Assembly (NCBI GenBank): GCA_031549625.1 | Contig: JAVBPK010000116.1 | Span: 1-53,037 of the forward strand | Direction: 5' to 3' | Source: Eubacteriales bacterium | GTDB lineage: Bacteria; Bacillota; Clostridia; Christensenellales; CAG-138 | Length of the DNA stretch: 53,037 nt | In this document: piece by piece, positions 1-8,648 of the stretch | Position numbering within the stretch: the first letter of the stretch is position 1 | How the letters are laid out: the number at the start of each line of letters is the position of its first letter | Position numbers and translations under genes: made by a program | The notes under the pieces: generated by a model | Database searches by the model: none | What the model saw: only the letters and a program-made list of their open reading frames with translations | Told to the model about the DNA's origin: nothing

Positions 1-120
1 AGGAATCTGGCCATGGTTGTCGAGGTGGCGGCGCGTAATTTCCGCCTGAAAAACCTTGGCTACAATGCCGCAAAAGAGTTTGACCGCCGGTGGATGGAAG
101 AACTGGAAAGCATGGAGTAG
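1..120 (+). CDS. 3' end of an upstream CDS (product not identifiable)
   Basis: Frame 1 is open from the window edge to TAG 118-120 (...RNFRLKNLGYNAAKEFDRRWMEELESME*). Only 39 residues are visible, so no family call is possible. Confidence 0.35.
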   Translation, partial: RNLAMVVEVAARNFRLKNLGYNAAKEFDRRWMEELESME

Positions 121-158
121 CGCGAAATACGAGCGACAACGAGGTCTGGGAGGTCGGC

Positions 159-1106
159 ATGCAAATAGGCGTTGATGTTGGCGGTACAAGCATTGTAGTC
201 GGATTGGTAGACGATGAAGGGCGCATAGTGGCGCGCGTGGCGGAGCCTTTTCCGACGGGGGCCGCATGCGAGCGGGTCGGGCAGGTCATTGCGGCCATGT
301 CAAACACGGTGGCGGCGCAGGCAGGCGTGCGCTGTGGGGAATGCGCCTCGCTCGGCATCGCGGCGCCCGGCAGTCTGGATAAAGAAAAAGAAACAATTTT
401 GCATGCTTACAATTTGCAGCTGCACGATGCACCGCTGCGCGCGGTGGTGGCGCGGCATGTGCCGGGCGTTCCCGTGTTGCTGGCAAACGACGCGGATACG
501 GCGGCGGTTGCGGAGTTGTTTGCGGGTGCGCTAAAAGGCTGTATGACGGCGGTCATGCTCACCATAGGCACAGGATTGGGTAGCGGCATTATATTACAGG
601 GGAAACTGTTTGCAGGTGGCAGAAACAATGGCTCGGAAATTGGGCATATGGTGCTGCAGCAGGGGGGACGGTTGTGCACCTGCGGTGTTGAGGGCTGCGC
701 GGAAGCGCTGTGTTCGGCGTCGTATTTAGAAAGCCAGGGTCGGCAAAGCATAGTGGAATATCCCAAAAGCATGATCCACACAAAAGCAAAGGGGGATATG
801 CAGGCCGTGGACGCCAAACTGGTAATCGATTGCGCGCGGGAAGGCGATAAAATAGCGCGTCATATATATGATCAGTTCATCGATCATTGGGGTTCAGCGG
901 TGGTAAGCCTCATACATATTTTAGATCCGGAAGTCATCGCTATCGGCGGTGGCGTCAGCAGCGCAGGCGAATTTTTCTTTCAGCCCTTGCGCGAGAATAT
1001 TGCGAATAAAGTGTTTTTTAAACGGGACTATGCTGAAGTTGTGGCGGCGCAAATGGGCAACGACGCCGGCGTAATAGGCGCGGCCATGTTGAAGAAGTTT
1101 TCATAG
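159..1106 (+). CDS. glcK: ROK-family glucokinase
   Basis: ORF 90-1106 trimmed to ATG 159, with GGGAGG at 146-151. N-terminal sugar-kinase motif MQIGVDVGGTSIVVGLV. ROK Cys/His zinc motif GHMV...CTCGVEGCAEALCS. Glycine-rich C-terminal ATP site IAIGGGVS. Confidence 0.88.
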   Translation: MQIGVDVGGTSIVVGLVDDEGRIVARVAEPFPTGAACERVGQVIAAMSNTVAAQAGVRCGECASLGIAAPGSLDKEKETILHAYNLQLHDAPLRAVVARHVPGVPVLLANDADTAAVAELFAGALKGCMTAVMLTIGTGLGSGIILQGKLFAGGRNNGSEIGHMVLQQGGRLCTCGVEGCAEALCSASYLESQGRQSIVEYPKSMIHTKAKGDMQAVDAKLVIDCAREGDKIARHIYDQFIDHWGSAVVSLIHILDPEVIAIGGGVSSAGEFFFQPLRENIANKVFFKRDYAEVVAAQMGNDAGVIGAAMLKKFS

Positions 1107-1136
1107 AAAAGCAAACACGCGTGTGTGTAAAAAACA

Positions 1137-1364
1137 CAAAAGAAAAATATAAGAGACTGTCTCATAGAGACAGTCTCTTCAAAAAATTTCCGTCCGGTTA
1201 CCGTGTCCAGCCGGTTGCCCTAGCCGCCTGATTACGGGTATGAAGTACAAAGTAGTTCGTTTGCGTCTTATTTAAGGAGGAAGAACAGTCAATGAAGAAT
1301 ACTGTTGTTTTCCGGACGGAAAGCGGTTACTCTAACGACGTAAGGTTCTCCTCGCAACTATTGC
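1137..1364 (-). ncRNA. Candidate structured small RNA or long structured 3' UTR (family unknown)
   Basis: Minus-strand sigmaA-like promoter: TTGCGT (1399-1394), 17-nt spacer, TACAAT (1376-1371). A roughly 50% GC segment lies within AT-rich spacer. An 11-bp closing helix (1187-1197 with 1312-1322) encloses two hairpins (1284-1289/1301-1306 and 1208-1214/1224-1230). The unit ends at the 1151-1179 terminator. I recognised no Rfam family by eye. Confidence 0.3.
1151..1179. terminator. Bidirectional intrinsic terminator hairpin (13-bp stem, 3-nt loop)
   Basis: aagagactgtctc-ata-gagacagtctctt is a perfect 13-bp stem. The U-tract is much better on the minus strand (tatatttttcttttgtgtttt) than on the plus strand (caaaaaatttcc). 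Confidence 0.75.
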
Positions 1365-1541
1365 AATATTATTGTAACACTACATCTTGTAATACGCAAG
1401 CCTATTTTTCAAAGTTTTTTACTAAAATATGCAATATTTAGTGTCTAAACTGAAAATAGATTGTGAATAAAATCTTACAAAACAATATCATATGCGTGCT
1501 GAAAAAAATTATGCCAAATAGTGGGAGAAAATATGCCGCGC

Positions 1542-2441
1542 TCAGTCCTTAGCCGCGTTGTGGGAAAGCGAGAAATAAAATGTGGGGATAAAAGCGTCGC
1601 TGGCCGCGCCGGCCTCCTGCAGCAGCAGCCGCGTAAACCCAAGTGTTTCGGCGTATTGCACGGCGCGTGTATATTCGCGTTCGGTCAGCCGGCGGTCGAG
1701 CGGCGGCGGCAGCGAAGGGGAAACAGGCGTGTATTGACGCATCAAAGAAATTTGCGTGTCAAGGGGCAGGTTGGCGGCCAGGAAATCGAGCACACGCCGG
1801 GTATCCGCAAGCGAATTAGGCAGTACAAGGTGACGAACAAGCAGGCCGCGCGCGGCGATTTGGTTTTCATCCAGCGCGAGGGTGCCAACCTGGTGAAACA
1901 TTTCCAGTATCGCGGGCGCGGCGTAGTCAAAATAATCGCCCGCGTCGGAAAACCGTTGACTGAGCGAAGAGGAAACATATTTTAAGTCCGGCAAATAAAT
2001 GTCGATCAACCCATCCAGCGAGCGGATACTCTCCATGGTCTCATATGCGTTTGTGTTATATACGATGGGGATGGCAAGTCCGCGCGCGCGAGCAAGGGGG
2101 ATGGCCTGCAGTAAAGCGGGAACATGCGGCGCAGGCGTAACGAGGTTGATGGTATGCGCGCCCTGTGTTTGCAAGCTCAAAAACAGTTCGGCCAATTGCC
2201 CGGCATTCTGCGGTTCGCCTTTTTGTGAAACGCTGATATCATAATTCTGGCAAAACACGCAGCGAAGGTTGCAGCCAGAGAAAAATACCGCGCCCGACCC
2301 GCAGTTGCCGCTTATCATAGGCTCTTCCCAGAAATGCAAAGCAGCGCGCGCAACACGTGGAACGCTTGCGGCGCCGCAATAGCCAAAGCCCGTGGAACGA
2401 TCTGTCCCGCATTTGCGCGGGCAAAGCAAGCAACCGTTCAT
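1542..2441 (-). CDS. Radical SAM protein, PflX/COG1313 type (PFL-activase-like)
   Basis: CNLRCVFC is the CxxxCxxC radical-SAM cluster motif. An extra N-terminal Cys cluster is present (CLLCPRKCG...GYC). 299 aa with no Cys-rich SPASM/twitch C-terminus. The ATG directly abuts the stop codon of the upstream gene. Confidence 0.85.
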   Translation of the reverse strand: MNGCLLCPRKCGTDRSTGFGYCGAASVPRVARAALHFWEEPMISGNCGSGAVFFSGCNLRCVFCQNYDISVSQKGEPQNAGQLAELFLSLQTQGAHTINLVTPAPHVPALLQAIPLARARGLAIPIVYNTNAYETMESIRSLDGLIDIYLPDLKYVSSSLSQRFSDAGDYFDYAAPAILEMFHQVGTLALDENQIAARGLLVRHLVLPNSLADTRRVLDFLAANLPLDTQISLMRQYTPVSPSLPPPLDRRLTEREYTRAVQYAETLGFTRLLLQEAGAASDAFIPTFYFSLSHNAAKD

Positions 2442-3776
2442 TTAAAACACACGTCTGGCAATTATGAAATTGCGTTGGTAATACCCGGTGGTCATGTCGC
2501 TGACAAGTACTTTGCCGGCGGAGGTCGCGGCGTGTACCATTTTGCCGCCGCCAAGGTAAATTCCAACGTGATTCACATTCGTTTTGCCGTCGGAAGTGAA
2601 GAACACGAGATCGCCCTGGCGAACAGAGCCCATACTGGTGATGGCCTCCCAAGCCTGGTATTCGCTGTATCCGGCGGAGGAATAGCGACCAACCTTTACG
2701 CCGGCCTGCTTGAGCGCGTAGCTGACAAGGCCGGAACAGTCATAAGAATCGGGGCCTTCATCGCCCAATATGTACGGTTTGCCAAGCTGATCCTGCGCCG
2801 CCTGCAAAAAGCCGCTTAAATCATTGCTGTACGAGCCTGTGGGCACGGACGGTTTCGGCGTGGGCGCTGCGGTTGGCGCGGCGGTGGGTTTGGGTGTGGG
2901 GCCGGCAGCAGCGCCGGGCGGAGGCGTGACGATGGGGATGTCAAAGCTCGGCTTGGGTGTTGTGGACGGTTTTGGTGTAGCGGAAGGCCGCGGAGTCGCC
3001 TTCGGTGTAGGAGACGGCGTGGGCTTCGGCGTAGGAGTGGGGTCGATCTTGTGGCGCGCCTTTGGCGAAAACAGCAGGCTTTGCGCGTTGGGCCCCATAA
3101 CACCGGTCGTCTCAATTTTGTTTTTCAGCTGAAAAGCGCGCACAGCTTCTTCTGTTGCGATGCCGAAGTAGCCGTTATCTTTGTCTTCATAAAAGCCAAG
3201 TTCGCTTAAACGGCGCTGCATGCTTTTGATATCGGTGCCTTTATAGCCGGGCTCCATATGATAGGGGATGGCATCGGCACTGTAAAGCAGCTCCTGCAAA
3301 GCGGAGTCGGCAATACCGGTCTGCTCCAATCCGTAGGCGCGCTGGAAAAGCTGCACAGCGCTTTCGGTAACGCTGCCAAAATGCAAAGTGGTTTCGTCGT
3401 AGTCGAAATATCCCAGTTCCATAAGCCGCGCCTGTAGCGGGCGAACCATTTCATGTTCGTCATTTAATTGCAGCGTGGGGTAAACATCCATGGTGATGTT
3501 GGTAATCAGCGGTATGGCAGTGGGCGTAGACTCAGGCTCAGGTTTGGAAGATGGTTCGGGCGTGGGCGCTTCCGTGGGCATGGGAGTGATGGCGAGGATA
3601 GGCGCGGCCGCGTAAACGCGTTCGTCAAAATCGCCCAGTGTGCCATGGAAAAATAAAGGAAGCAAGACGAAAACAGAAAGGAGCGTACCGCAAATCATCA
3701 CAAACCAAATGCGGGCACGCTTAGTAAACCGACTCACACGGGAAGCTTGTTTTTGCTGATCCATGCGCTTGGGCAT
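2442..3776 (-). CDS. Secreted or anchored cell-wall hydrolase: peptidoglycan-binding repeats plus C-terminal NlpC/P60 domain
   Basis: Start moved to ATG 3776 (AAGGAG 6 nt upstream). N-terminal hydrophobic anchor IWFVMICGTLLSVFVLLPLFF. Repeated PG-binding-like units (LQARLMELGYF, MQRRLSELGFY). P/T/K-rich linker. The C-terminal NlpC/P60 domain has a catalytic Cys in YDCSGLVSY and a His in VNHVGIYLG. Confidence 0.88.
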   Translation of the reverse strand: MPKRMDQQKQASRVSRFTKRARIWFVMICGTLLSVFVLLPLFFHGTLGDFDERVYAAAPILAITPMPTEAPTPEPSSKPEPESTPTAIPLITNITMDVYPTLQLNDEHEMVRPLQARLMELGYFDYDETTLHFGSVTESAVQLFQRAYGLEQTGIADSALQELLYSADAIPYHMEPGYKGTDIKSMQRRLSELGFYEDKDNGYFGIATEEAVRAFQLKNKIETTGVMGPNAQSLLFSPKARHKIDPTPTPKPTPSPTPKATPRPSATPKPSTTPKPSFDIPIVTPPPGAAAGPTPKPTAAPTAAPTPKPSVPTGSYSNDLSGFLQAAQDQLGKPYILGDEGPDSYDCSGLVSYALKQAGVKVGRYSSAGYSEYQAWEAITSMGSVRQGDLVFFTSDGKTNVNHVGIYLGGGKMVHAATSAGKVLVSDMTTGYYQRNFIIARRVF

Positions 3777-4044
3777 TGCGAACTCCTTTCGCAGATAAGG
3801 GCAAAGGAACACAGGTATTCACATTTCGTTACCCTTCGGCCAAACCCTATAAAAAACATATCGTCATATTTCGCACGGGAATAAGCCCCATAAAAAAATT
3901 ATTGCCGATAGATGGTGTGGAAGGGCATGCTTTCATTCGGCGTATGAGTGTGATATGATTCTATGGGTCGCTTGGTAAAAAGGACGTAAAACGCTGCGCC
4001 TCGCAGGTGCGTATTGTGATAGAAAGGCGGGAAACAACGAAAAT

Positions 4045-5958
4045 ATGGCGCTGTTATCGGTGCAAAAACTGGCAAAATCTTTTGGAGAGCGCTCGCTTTT
4101 TTCGGATGTTTCATTTGATGTCGAAAAAAAGGACCATATCGGCCTGATTGGCGCGAACGGTATGGGAAAAAGCACGTTGTTCCGCATGCTGGAGGGCAAC
4201 ATGCGCCCGGATAGCGGCGGAATACACAAAGCAAAACTTTTGCGTATACGCACATTGGAACAGTTGCCCTCGCTTGCGCCGGGGCAATCCGTATACGACT
4301 TGGCATTGGAAGTGTTTGCGCCTCTATTGGCCATGGAACAGGAATTAAACGAGTTGGCGGCCGAGTTCCTGAAGCCGGAAGCTAATCACGCGGATTTGGT
4401 GCGCCGCCAAAATACATTGCAGGAACGGTACCAGGATGAGGGCGGGCTGACATGCCGCAGCCGTGCGCAGGCCGCGTTGCGCGGTTTGGGTTTTTCCGAA
4501 GAAGAATTGTTCTTGCCAGCCACGGCGCTTTCTGGCGGGCAGCTAAACAAAGTCATGCTTGCGCGCGTGCTGTTATGCGAAGCCGATTTGTTGCTGTTGG
4601 ATGAGCCGACAAACCATCTCGATATATTGGCAGTCGAATGGCTGGAAAGCTATTTAAAAGCCTATACGGGCGCCTTCATCGTCATTTCGCATGACCGGTA
4701 TTTTTTAGATCAAATCACAGGCAAAACCATGGAATTGTGCGAGGCGGGCTTTTTTGTCTCGCCGGGCAATTATTCCAGGCATGTAGAACTGCGCATGAGC
4801 GAAAAAGAATTTGCGATGCGCAAGTATAAAAATACGCAAAAAGAGATTCGCCGCATTTATGGCATAGTGGAACAGCAAAGGCGCTGGAACCGCGAACGAA
4901 ACATTAAAACGGCGGAATCAAAGCTCAAGCAGATTGAAAAGCTGAAGGCCACATTGATCGAACCGGAAAAAGAAGACGCATCCATCCGCTTCTCCTTTCA
5001 TGCGGCGGAGCCGGGTGGCAACGACGTGCTGTTGGTAAATGGCCTGGGCATGGCTTATGGTGAAAAAAGGCTGTTCGACAGCGTGGATATGCAGGTGCGT
5101 AAAGGGGAACGAGTATTTTTGCTGGGGCCAAACGGCTGTGGCAAAACAACGCTTCTCAATATATTGAGCGGCAGGCAGGCGCCGGTAAAGGGCGACTCCA
5201 TGCTGGGCGCGGGCGTACGCTTGGAATATTACGAGCAAAACATGCGCGGTATGCGCGAAGAAAATACGGTGCTTCAGGAAGTGTGGGACGCGTACCCAAG
5301 GCTGAACAGAACGGATATCCATAGCGCGCTGGCCGCGTTTCTGTTTCGTGGCGACGAGGTATACAAAACCATTGGCGTGCTTTCCGGCGGGGAGCGGGCG
5401 CGGGTACAGCTGCTAAAGCTCATGCTTTCCGGCGCAAATCTGTTGTTGCTGGACGAGCCGACAAACCACTTGGATATTGCCTCAAAAGAAGCGCTTGAAA
5501 AGGCGCTCGAAGATTTTGAGGGCGCTTTGCTTGTGGTGACGCACGATAGATACCTCGTCAATCGTTTGGCGGATCGCGTCCTGTTCATGGATTCGAACGG
5601 TGTGCGGGAAACCATAGGCGGCTATGATGCGTTTTTGCAGGCGCTGGCGGAGCGCCCCGGTGAAGTTGCGGCAGAAAAGGAAAGGCCGCAAAACGAATAC
5701 AGCCTGAAGAAAAGCCGTCAAGTGGAATTGGCGCGTATGCGCGGGCGTGTATCTGCCCTGGAAAAAGAGGTGGCGGAGGAAGAAAGCCGCATAGCGGAGC
5801 TGGCGGAACTGCTGGCGCAGCCGGCGGTTATGCAGGATTATCAGCAGGCCGGCGAATTATCCGCGGAAATAGAACGCAAGCGCGCGGATTTAGAGGGCTT
5901 GTTTGCGAAATGGGAGCAGGCGGCGGGCGAAATGGAAACGCTTCGCGCCGAAGAATAG
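4045..5958 (+). CDS. ABC-F family ATPase (soluble tandem-ABC translation factor type)
   Basis: Two cassettes with Walker A GANGMGKST and GPNGCGKTT and signatures LSGGQ and LSGGE. No TM domain. Charged inter-domain linker and C-terminal coiled-coil tail. Confidence 0.9.
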   Translation: MALLSVQKLAKSFGERSLFSDVSFDVEKKDHIGLIGANGMGKSTLFRMLEGNMRPDSGGIHKAKLLRIRTLEQLPSLAPGQSVYDLALEVFAPLLAMEQELNELAAEFLKPEANHADLVRRQNTLQERYQDEGGLTCRSRAQAALRGLGFSEEELFLPATALSGGQLNKVMLARVLLCEADLLLLDEPTNHLDILAVEWLESYLKAYTGAFIVISHDRYFLDQITGKTMELCEAGFFVSPGNYSRHVELRMSEKEFAMRKYKNTQKEIRRIYGIVEQQRRWNRERNIKTAESKLKQIEKLKATLIEPEKEDASIRFSFHAAEPGGNDVLLVNGLGMAYGEKRLFDSVDMQVRKGERVFLLGPNGCGKTTLLNILSGRQAPVKGDSMLGAGVRLEYYEQNMRGMREENTVLQEVWDAYPRLNRTDIHSALAAFLFRGDEVYKTIGVLSGGERARVQLLKLMLSGANLLLLDEPTNHLDIASKEALEKALEDFEGALLVVTHDRYLVNRLADRVLFMDSNGVRETIGGYDAFLQALAERPGEVAAEKERPQNEYSLKKSRQVELARMRGRVSALEKEVAEEESRIAELAELLAQPAVMQDYQQAGELSAEIERKRADLEGLFAKWEQAAGEMETLRAEE

Positions 5959-5971
5959 CGGAGGAACCAAC

Positions 5972-6382
5972 GTGGAAGTAAAGCGATTCGGTCTGGGCAT
6001 TTGTTTCGAAATTGAAAAAAGCGAGCAAAGCGTGCCAGAAGAATTTTGGAAAAGACTGTTTGCGGTTCTCACGGTTGATGACGTGAAAGGCCTGTATGTG
6101 TTTGGCGGGCAAACGTCGTACGGGTCGGAAGAGCCTTACTATTTGTGCGTATTCACAAACGGCAAGTTAAAAGTCATGCGCAACGTGTTCAACAAGCTGG
6201 ATGCCGATGAAGGCATAAGAAAATATATGCGTTTAGCGAACCCATACTTGCAAAACAACGCGCTGGATAAAATAGAAGGGCTCATCAGCTATGGCGAGGT
6301 GCTGCAGGACGGCAGCATCGTGGGCGGTGAGGCGGTGCTGCATGCCCGGCCGTTGGCAGGGGAAGCAAATGCGGGCAGTTAA
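5972..6382 (+). CDS. Hypothetical protein (136 aa)
   Basis: ORF 5903-6382 trimmed to GTG 5972 behind GGAGGA (5960-5965), just after the ABC-F stop. Coding-like composition. No motif I can assign. Confidence 0.5.
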   Translation: MEVKRFGLGICFEIEKSEQSVPEEFWKRLFAVLTVDDVKGLYVFGGQTSYGSEEPYYLCVFTNGKLKVMRNVFNKLDADEGIRKYMRLANPYLQNNALDKIEGLISYGEVLQDGSIVGGEAVLHARPLAGEANAGS

Positions 6383-6459
6383 GCAAAACAGCGCGGGCGA
6401 GGGTTGAACAAGTTGTCGCGCATGGTACTATTTGAGGGGATGGATGGGAGAGAAAACGC

Positions 6460-6921
6460 ATGGAATCATCAAACTATCAAGATATAACGCGAAGGGTGCT
6501 GGAAGCATACACACGGCTTACGCAGTCCTATACGTTCTGCATGCAGCACACGCTGCAAAAATATGGATTATACGAAGGGCAGCCGGCGGTGCTGTTCAAA
6601 ATAAAAGAGTTGCGCTTTCCAAATCAAAACGAGCTGGCGGTAGCGCTTGGCGTCAGCAAATCGTCCGTCGGTGTCTCGCTGCGCAGGCTGGAAAAGGGCG
6701 GGTTCATTAAGCGCGAGCAGGATTTGGCGGACAGCCGCTGCAATCGCATCACGCTCACAAAAAAAGGCGAGGAATTTGCGCATTGGTGTGAAATGGATAT
6801 GGACATGATGGCAAACAACATGCTGGAACTGTTTGACGCGGACGAACGCTTTCGCGTTTTGGAGATTCTCGAAAGAATGCAGTCCGGCATGAATGATATG
6901 AAAGCCCGCATAAGGAACTAG
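6460..6921 (+). CDS. MarR-family transcriptional regulator
   Basis: 153 aa. Winged-HTH pattern NQNELAVALGVSKSSVGVSLRRLEKGGFIKREQDLADSRCNRITLTKKG. GGGAGAG Shine-Dalgarno sequence (SD) upstream. Confidence 0.88.
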   Translation: MESSNYQDITRRVLEAYTRLTQSYTFCMQHTLQKYGLYEGQPAVLFKIKELRFPNQNELAVALGVSKSSVGVSLRRLEKGGFIKREQDLADSRCNRITLTKKGEEFAHWCEMDMDMMANNMLELFDADERFRVLEILERMQSGMNDMKARIRN

Positions 6922-7019
6922 CAAAACAAACGCTGTTGCCTTTCAATTGCTGTCGCGAAGCATAAATATAAGCAAACAAAAGCATGCATTGTATTCCGGT
7001 TTTAGGGCATGCTTTTCTT

Positions 7020-8648
7020 ATGCGACATAATCAAAAAAACCATGAAAAAAAGAGCATATGGGATGTGCTGCGCTTTGATAAAGCGCAGCAGGAATTTGAG
7101 TTGCTCGAAGTGGAAAAAGGCAGTCCGTATTTCTTTGGCGGAAAGCAAAAGCTGAGCCGGGCGGAGGGGGAACAGCCAGAAGCGCCAAAGCAGACTTCCG
7201 CGTCTCTTGCGGAAAACGAGCAGCGTGTAAGAGACGATTTTCACGTCGAAATCAATCCGGATATTTTGCTGCGCCGGTTTGCGCTGGGCGGAAAGGTGCA
7301 GGCGCTTGCAGTGTGTGTCACCGGCATGGTGGCAAACATACAGGTCAATGATTTTATTCTGCGCCAAGGCATGCAGCCGGGCTGCATGGACGGGTCGGCG
7401 GAAGGAACGCTGGCGCAATATGCGGTCGAACGGGTGTTTGCCCAGCAGGAAGCGGCTTTGAGCGCGAATTGGGATGAAATCAAGACCGCCATCCTGGAAG
7501 GACGCACGGCTGTGTTTTTGGAAGGCGACGATAAAGTCGTGTTGATGGAGACGCGTGGTTTTGTCAGCCGTGGCGTAGAAACGGCGCAAAATGAGCAGGT
7601 GATCCGCGGGCCAAAAGAGGGCTTCAATGAGAATCTGCGAACAAATATCACATTGCTTCGGCGCATTATAAAGACAGAAGATTTTATTTGCGAGTTCCGC
7701 TCATCCGGCGGGCGCAACAACGTCAGGCTTTGTCTGGCATATCGGGCAGATATCGTGAATCCCAGTCTGCTGGCGGAAGTGAAAAAAAGGCTTGACCAGG
7801 TGGAAGCGCGCATGTTGCTCAGCGACGGTACGATAGAGCAGCTGACGGAGCGCAGCTGGTTTTCGCCTATACCGCAAGTGCTTAGCACAGAGCGGCCAGA
7901 TCGCACGGCGGCCCACATTATGCAAGGGCATGTGGCTATATTATTGGAAGGAAGCCCGTCGGCAAGCGTCATGCCGGCTACATTTTTTACGCTGATGTCC
8001 ACGTCCGAGGATGCCTATTTGCGGCGTCCGCTCAGCACCATCATGCGCGCGGTGCGGTATATCGGGGCGGGGCTTTCCGTACTGTTGCCGGGATATTTCT
8101 TAGCGATCGCGTTACATCATCAAGGCATGATCGATACGGAAGTGCTGGCGACCATAATCGCATCGAGGCAAATGGTGTTTTTGCCGCTTGGCCTGGAAAT
8201 GCTGTTTTTGCTGTGGGTGTTTCAGCTGTTGCGGGAAGCGGGCATCCGTGTGCCTGGCGGCATAGGGCAGGCGATTGGCATCATAGGCGGCCTGATACTG
8301 GGTCAGGCGGCGGTGGCGGCAAATATGGTCAGCACAGTGGTGCTCATCGTGGTTGCGTTAGCGGGTTTGGGAAATTTTACGATACCGGATTATTCCACGC
8401 AAATTGCCGCCAGTTATTTCAGGGTGTTTCTGCTGGTGGCAGGTTGGTTGGGTGGCCTTTTGGGGTTTGCGGCGGGTATTGTGCTTCTGGTGGCGTGGCT
8501 GGCTTCGCTCAAGTCGTATGGCGTGCCGTTTCTGGCGCCGGTAGCGCCAAAAACAAATGGCAGCCGCCCGCCGATCACGCGCGGGAACGCGTCCAAGAAA
8601 AAGCAGAATATCGTGGATTATACCAACATGCGGGAGGAAGCGCCATGA
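7020..8648 (+). CDS. Spore germination protein, GerA-family A subunit
   Basis: Soluble N-terminal half plus C-terminal multi-TM region (VLLPGYFLAIALHH..., LLWVFQLLREAG..., IIGGLILGQAAV), typical of GerAA/KA proteins. The start is uncertain: ATG 7020 or 6984, neither with a good SD. Confidence 0.85.
   Translation: MRHNQKNHEKKSIWDVLRFDKAQQEFELLEVEKGSPYFFGGKQKLSRAEGEQPEAPKQTSASLAENEQRVRDDFHVEINPDILLRRFALGGKVQALAVCVTGMVANIQVNDFILRQGMQPGCMDGSAEGTLAQYAVERVFAQQEAALSANWDEIKTAILEGRTAVFLEGDDKVVLMETRGFVSRGVETAQNEQVIRGPKEGFNENLRTNITLLRRIIKTEDFICEFRSSGGRNNVRLCLAYRADIVNPSLLAEVKKRLDQVEARMLLSDGTIEQLTERSWFSPIPQVLSTERPDRTAAHIMQGHVAILLEGSPSASVMPATFFTLMSTSEDAYLRRPLSTIMRAVRYIGAGLSVLLPGYFLAIALHHQGMIDTEVLATIIASRQMVFLPLGLEMLFLLWVFQLLREAGIRVPGGIGQAIGIIGGLILGQAAVAANMVSTVVLIVVALAGLGNFTIPDYSTQIAASYFRVFLLVAGWLGGLLGFAAGIVLLVAWLASLKSYGVPFLAPVAPKTNGSRPPITRGNASKKKQNIVDYTNMREEAP

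Noticed and set aside
1292-1441. The 49-codon Cys-containing ORF as a RiPP precursor for the neighbouring radical SAM enzyme
   Set aside because: The two genes are convergent rather than co-oriented. The radical SAM protein is PflX/COG1313-like with no SPASM/twitch auxiliary-cluster domain. The 3' half of the ORF runs through ~30% GC spacer with atypical codon usage. I keep it only as an alternative reading within the sRNA finding.
2830-3060. Periodic GC-rich short repeats, possibly a tandem-repeat or CRISPR-like array. Similar tracts occur at about 26213-26400, 27100-27200, 48880-49000 and 49200-49260.
   Set aside because: All are in frame within exported proteins and encode Pro/Thr/Ala/Lys-rich linkers (for example PTPTPKPTPSPTPKATPRPS). 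The repeat units are short and imperfect with no spacer architecture. They are low-complexity coding sequence, not repeat elements.
3963-3989. 8-codon uORF (MGRLVKRT) upstream of the ABC-F gene as an antibiotic-responsive attenuation leader peptide
   Set aside because: There is no Shine-Dalgarno sequence in front of it and no convincing terminator/antiterminator pair between it and the ABC-F start. Nothing in the ABC-F sequence lets me call it a resistance (ARE) member.
6970-7018. Hairpin aaagcatgc...gcatgcttt and sigmaG-like motifs (GCATA-18 nt-CATGCAT / CATTGTA) upstream of the ger operon as a defined forespore promoter
   Set aside because: The motif matches are partial and spacing-dependent, and the 22-nt loop makes the hairpin weak. 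I cannot support a specific promoter call without mapping data.
8213-8644. 144-codon N-terminal extension of the gerB ORF
   Set aside because: It lies out of frame inside the gerA-subunit gene and is Gly/Arg/His-rich, an off-frame composition. The ATGA-coupled start at 8645 gives a normal permease N-terminus.
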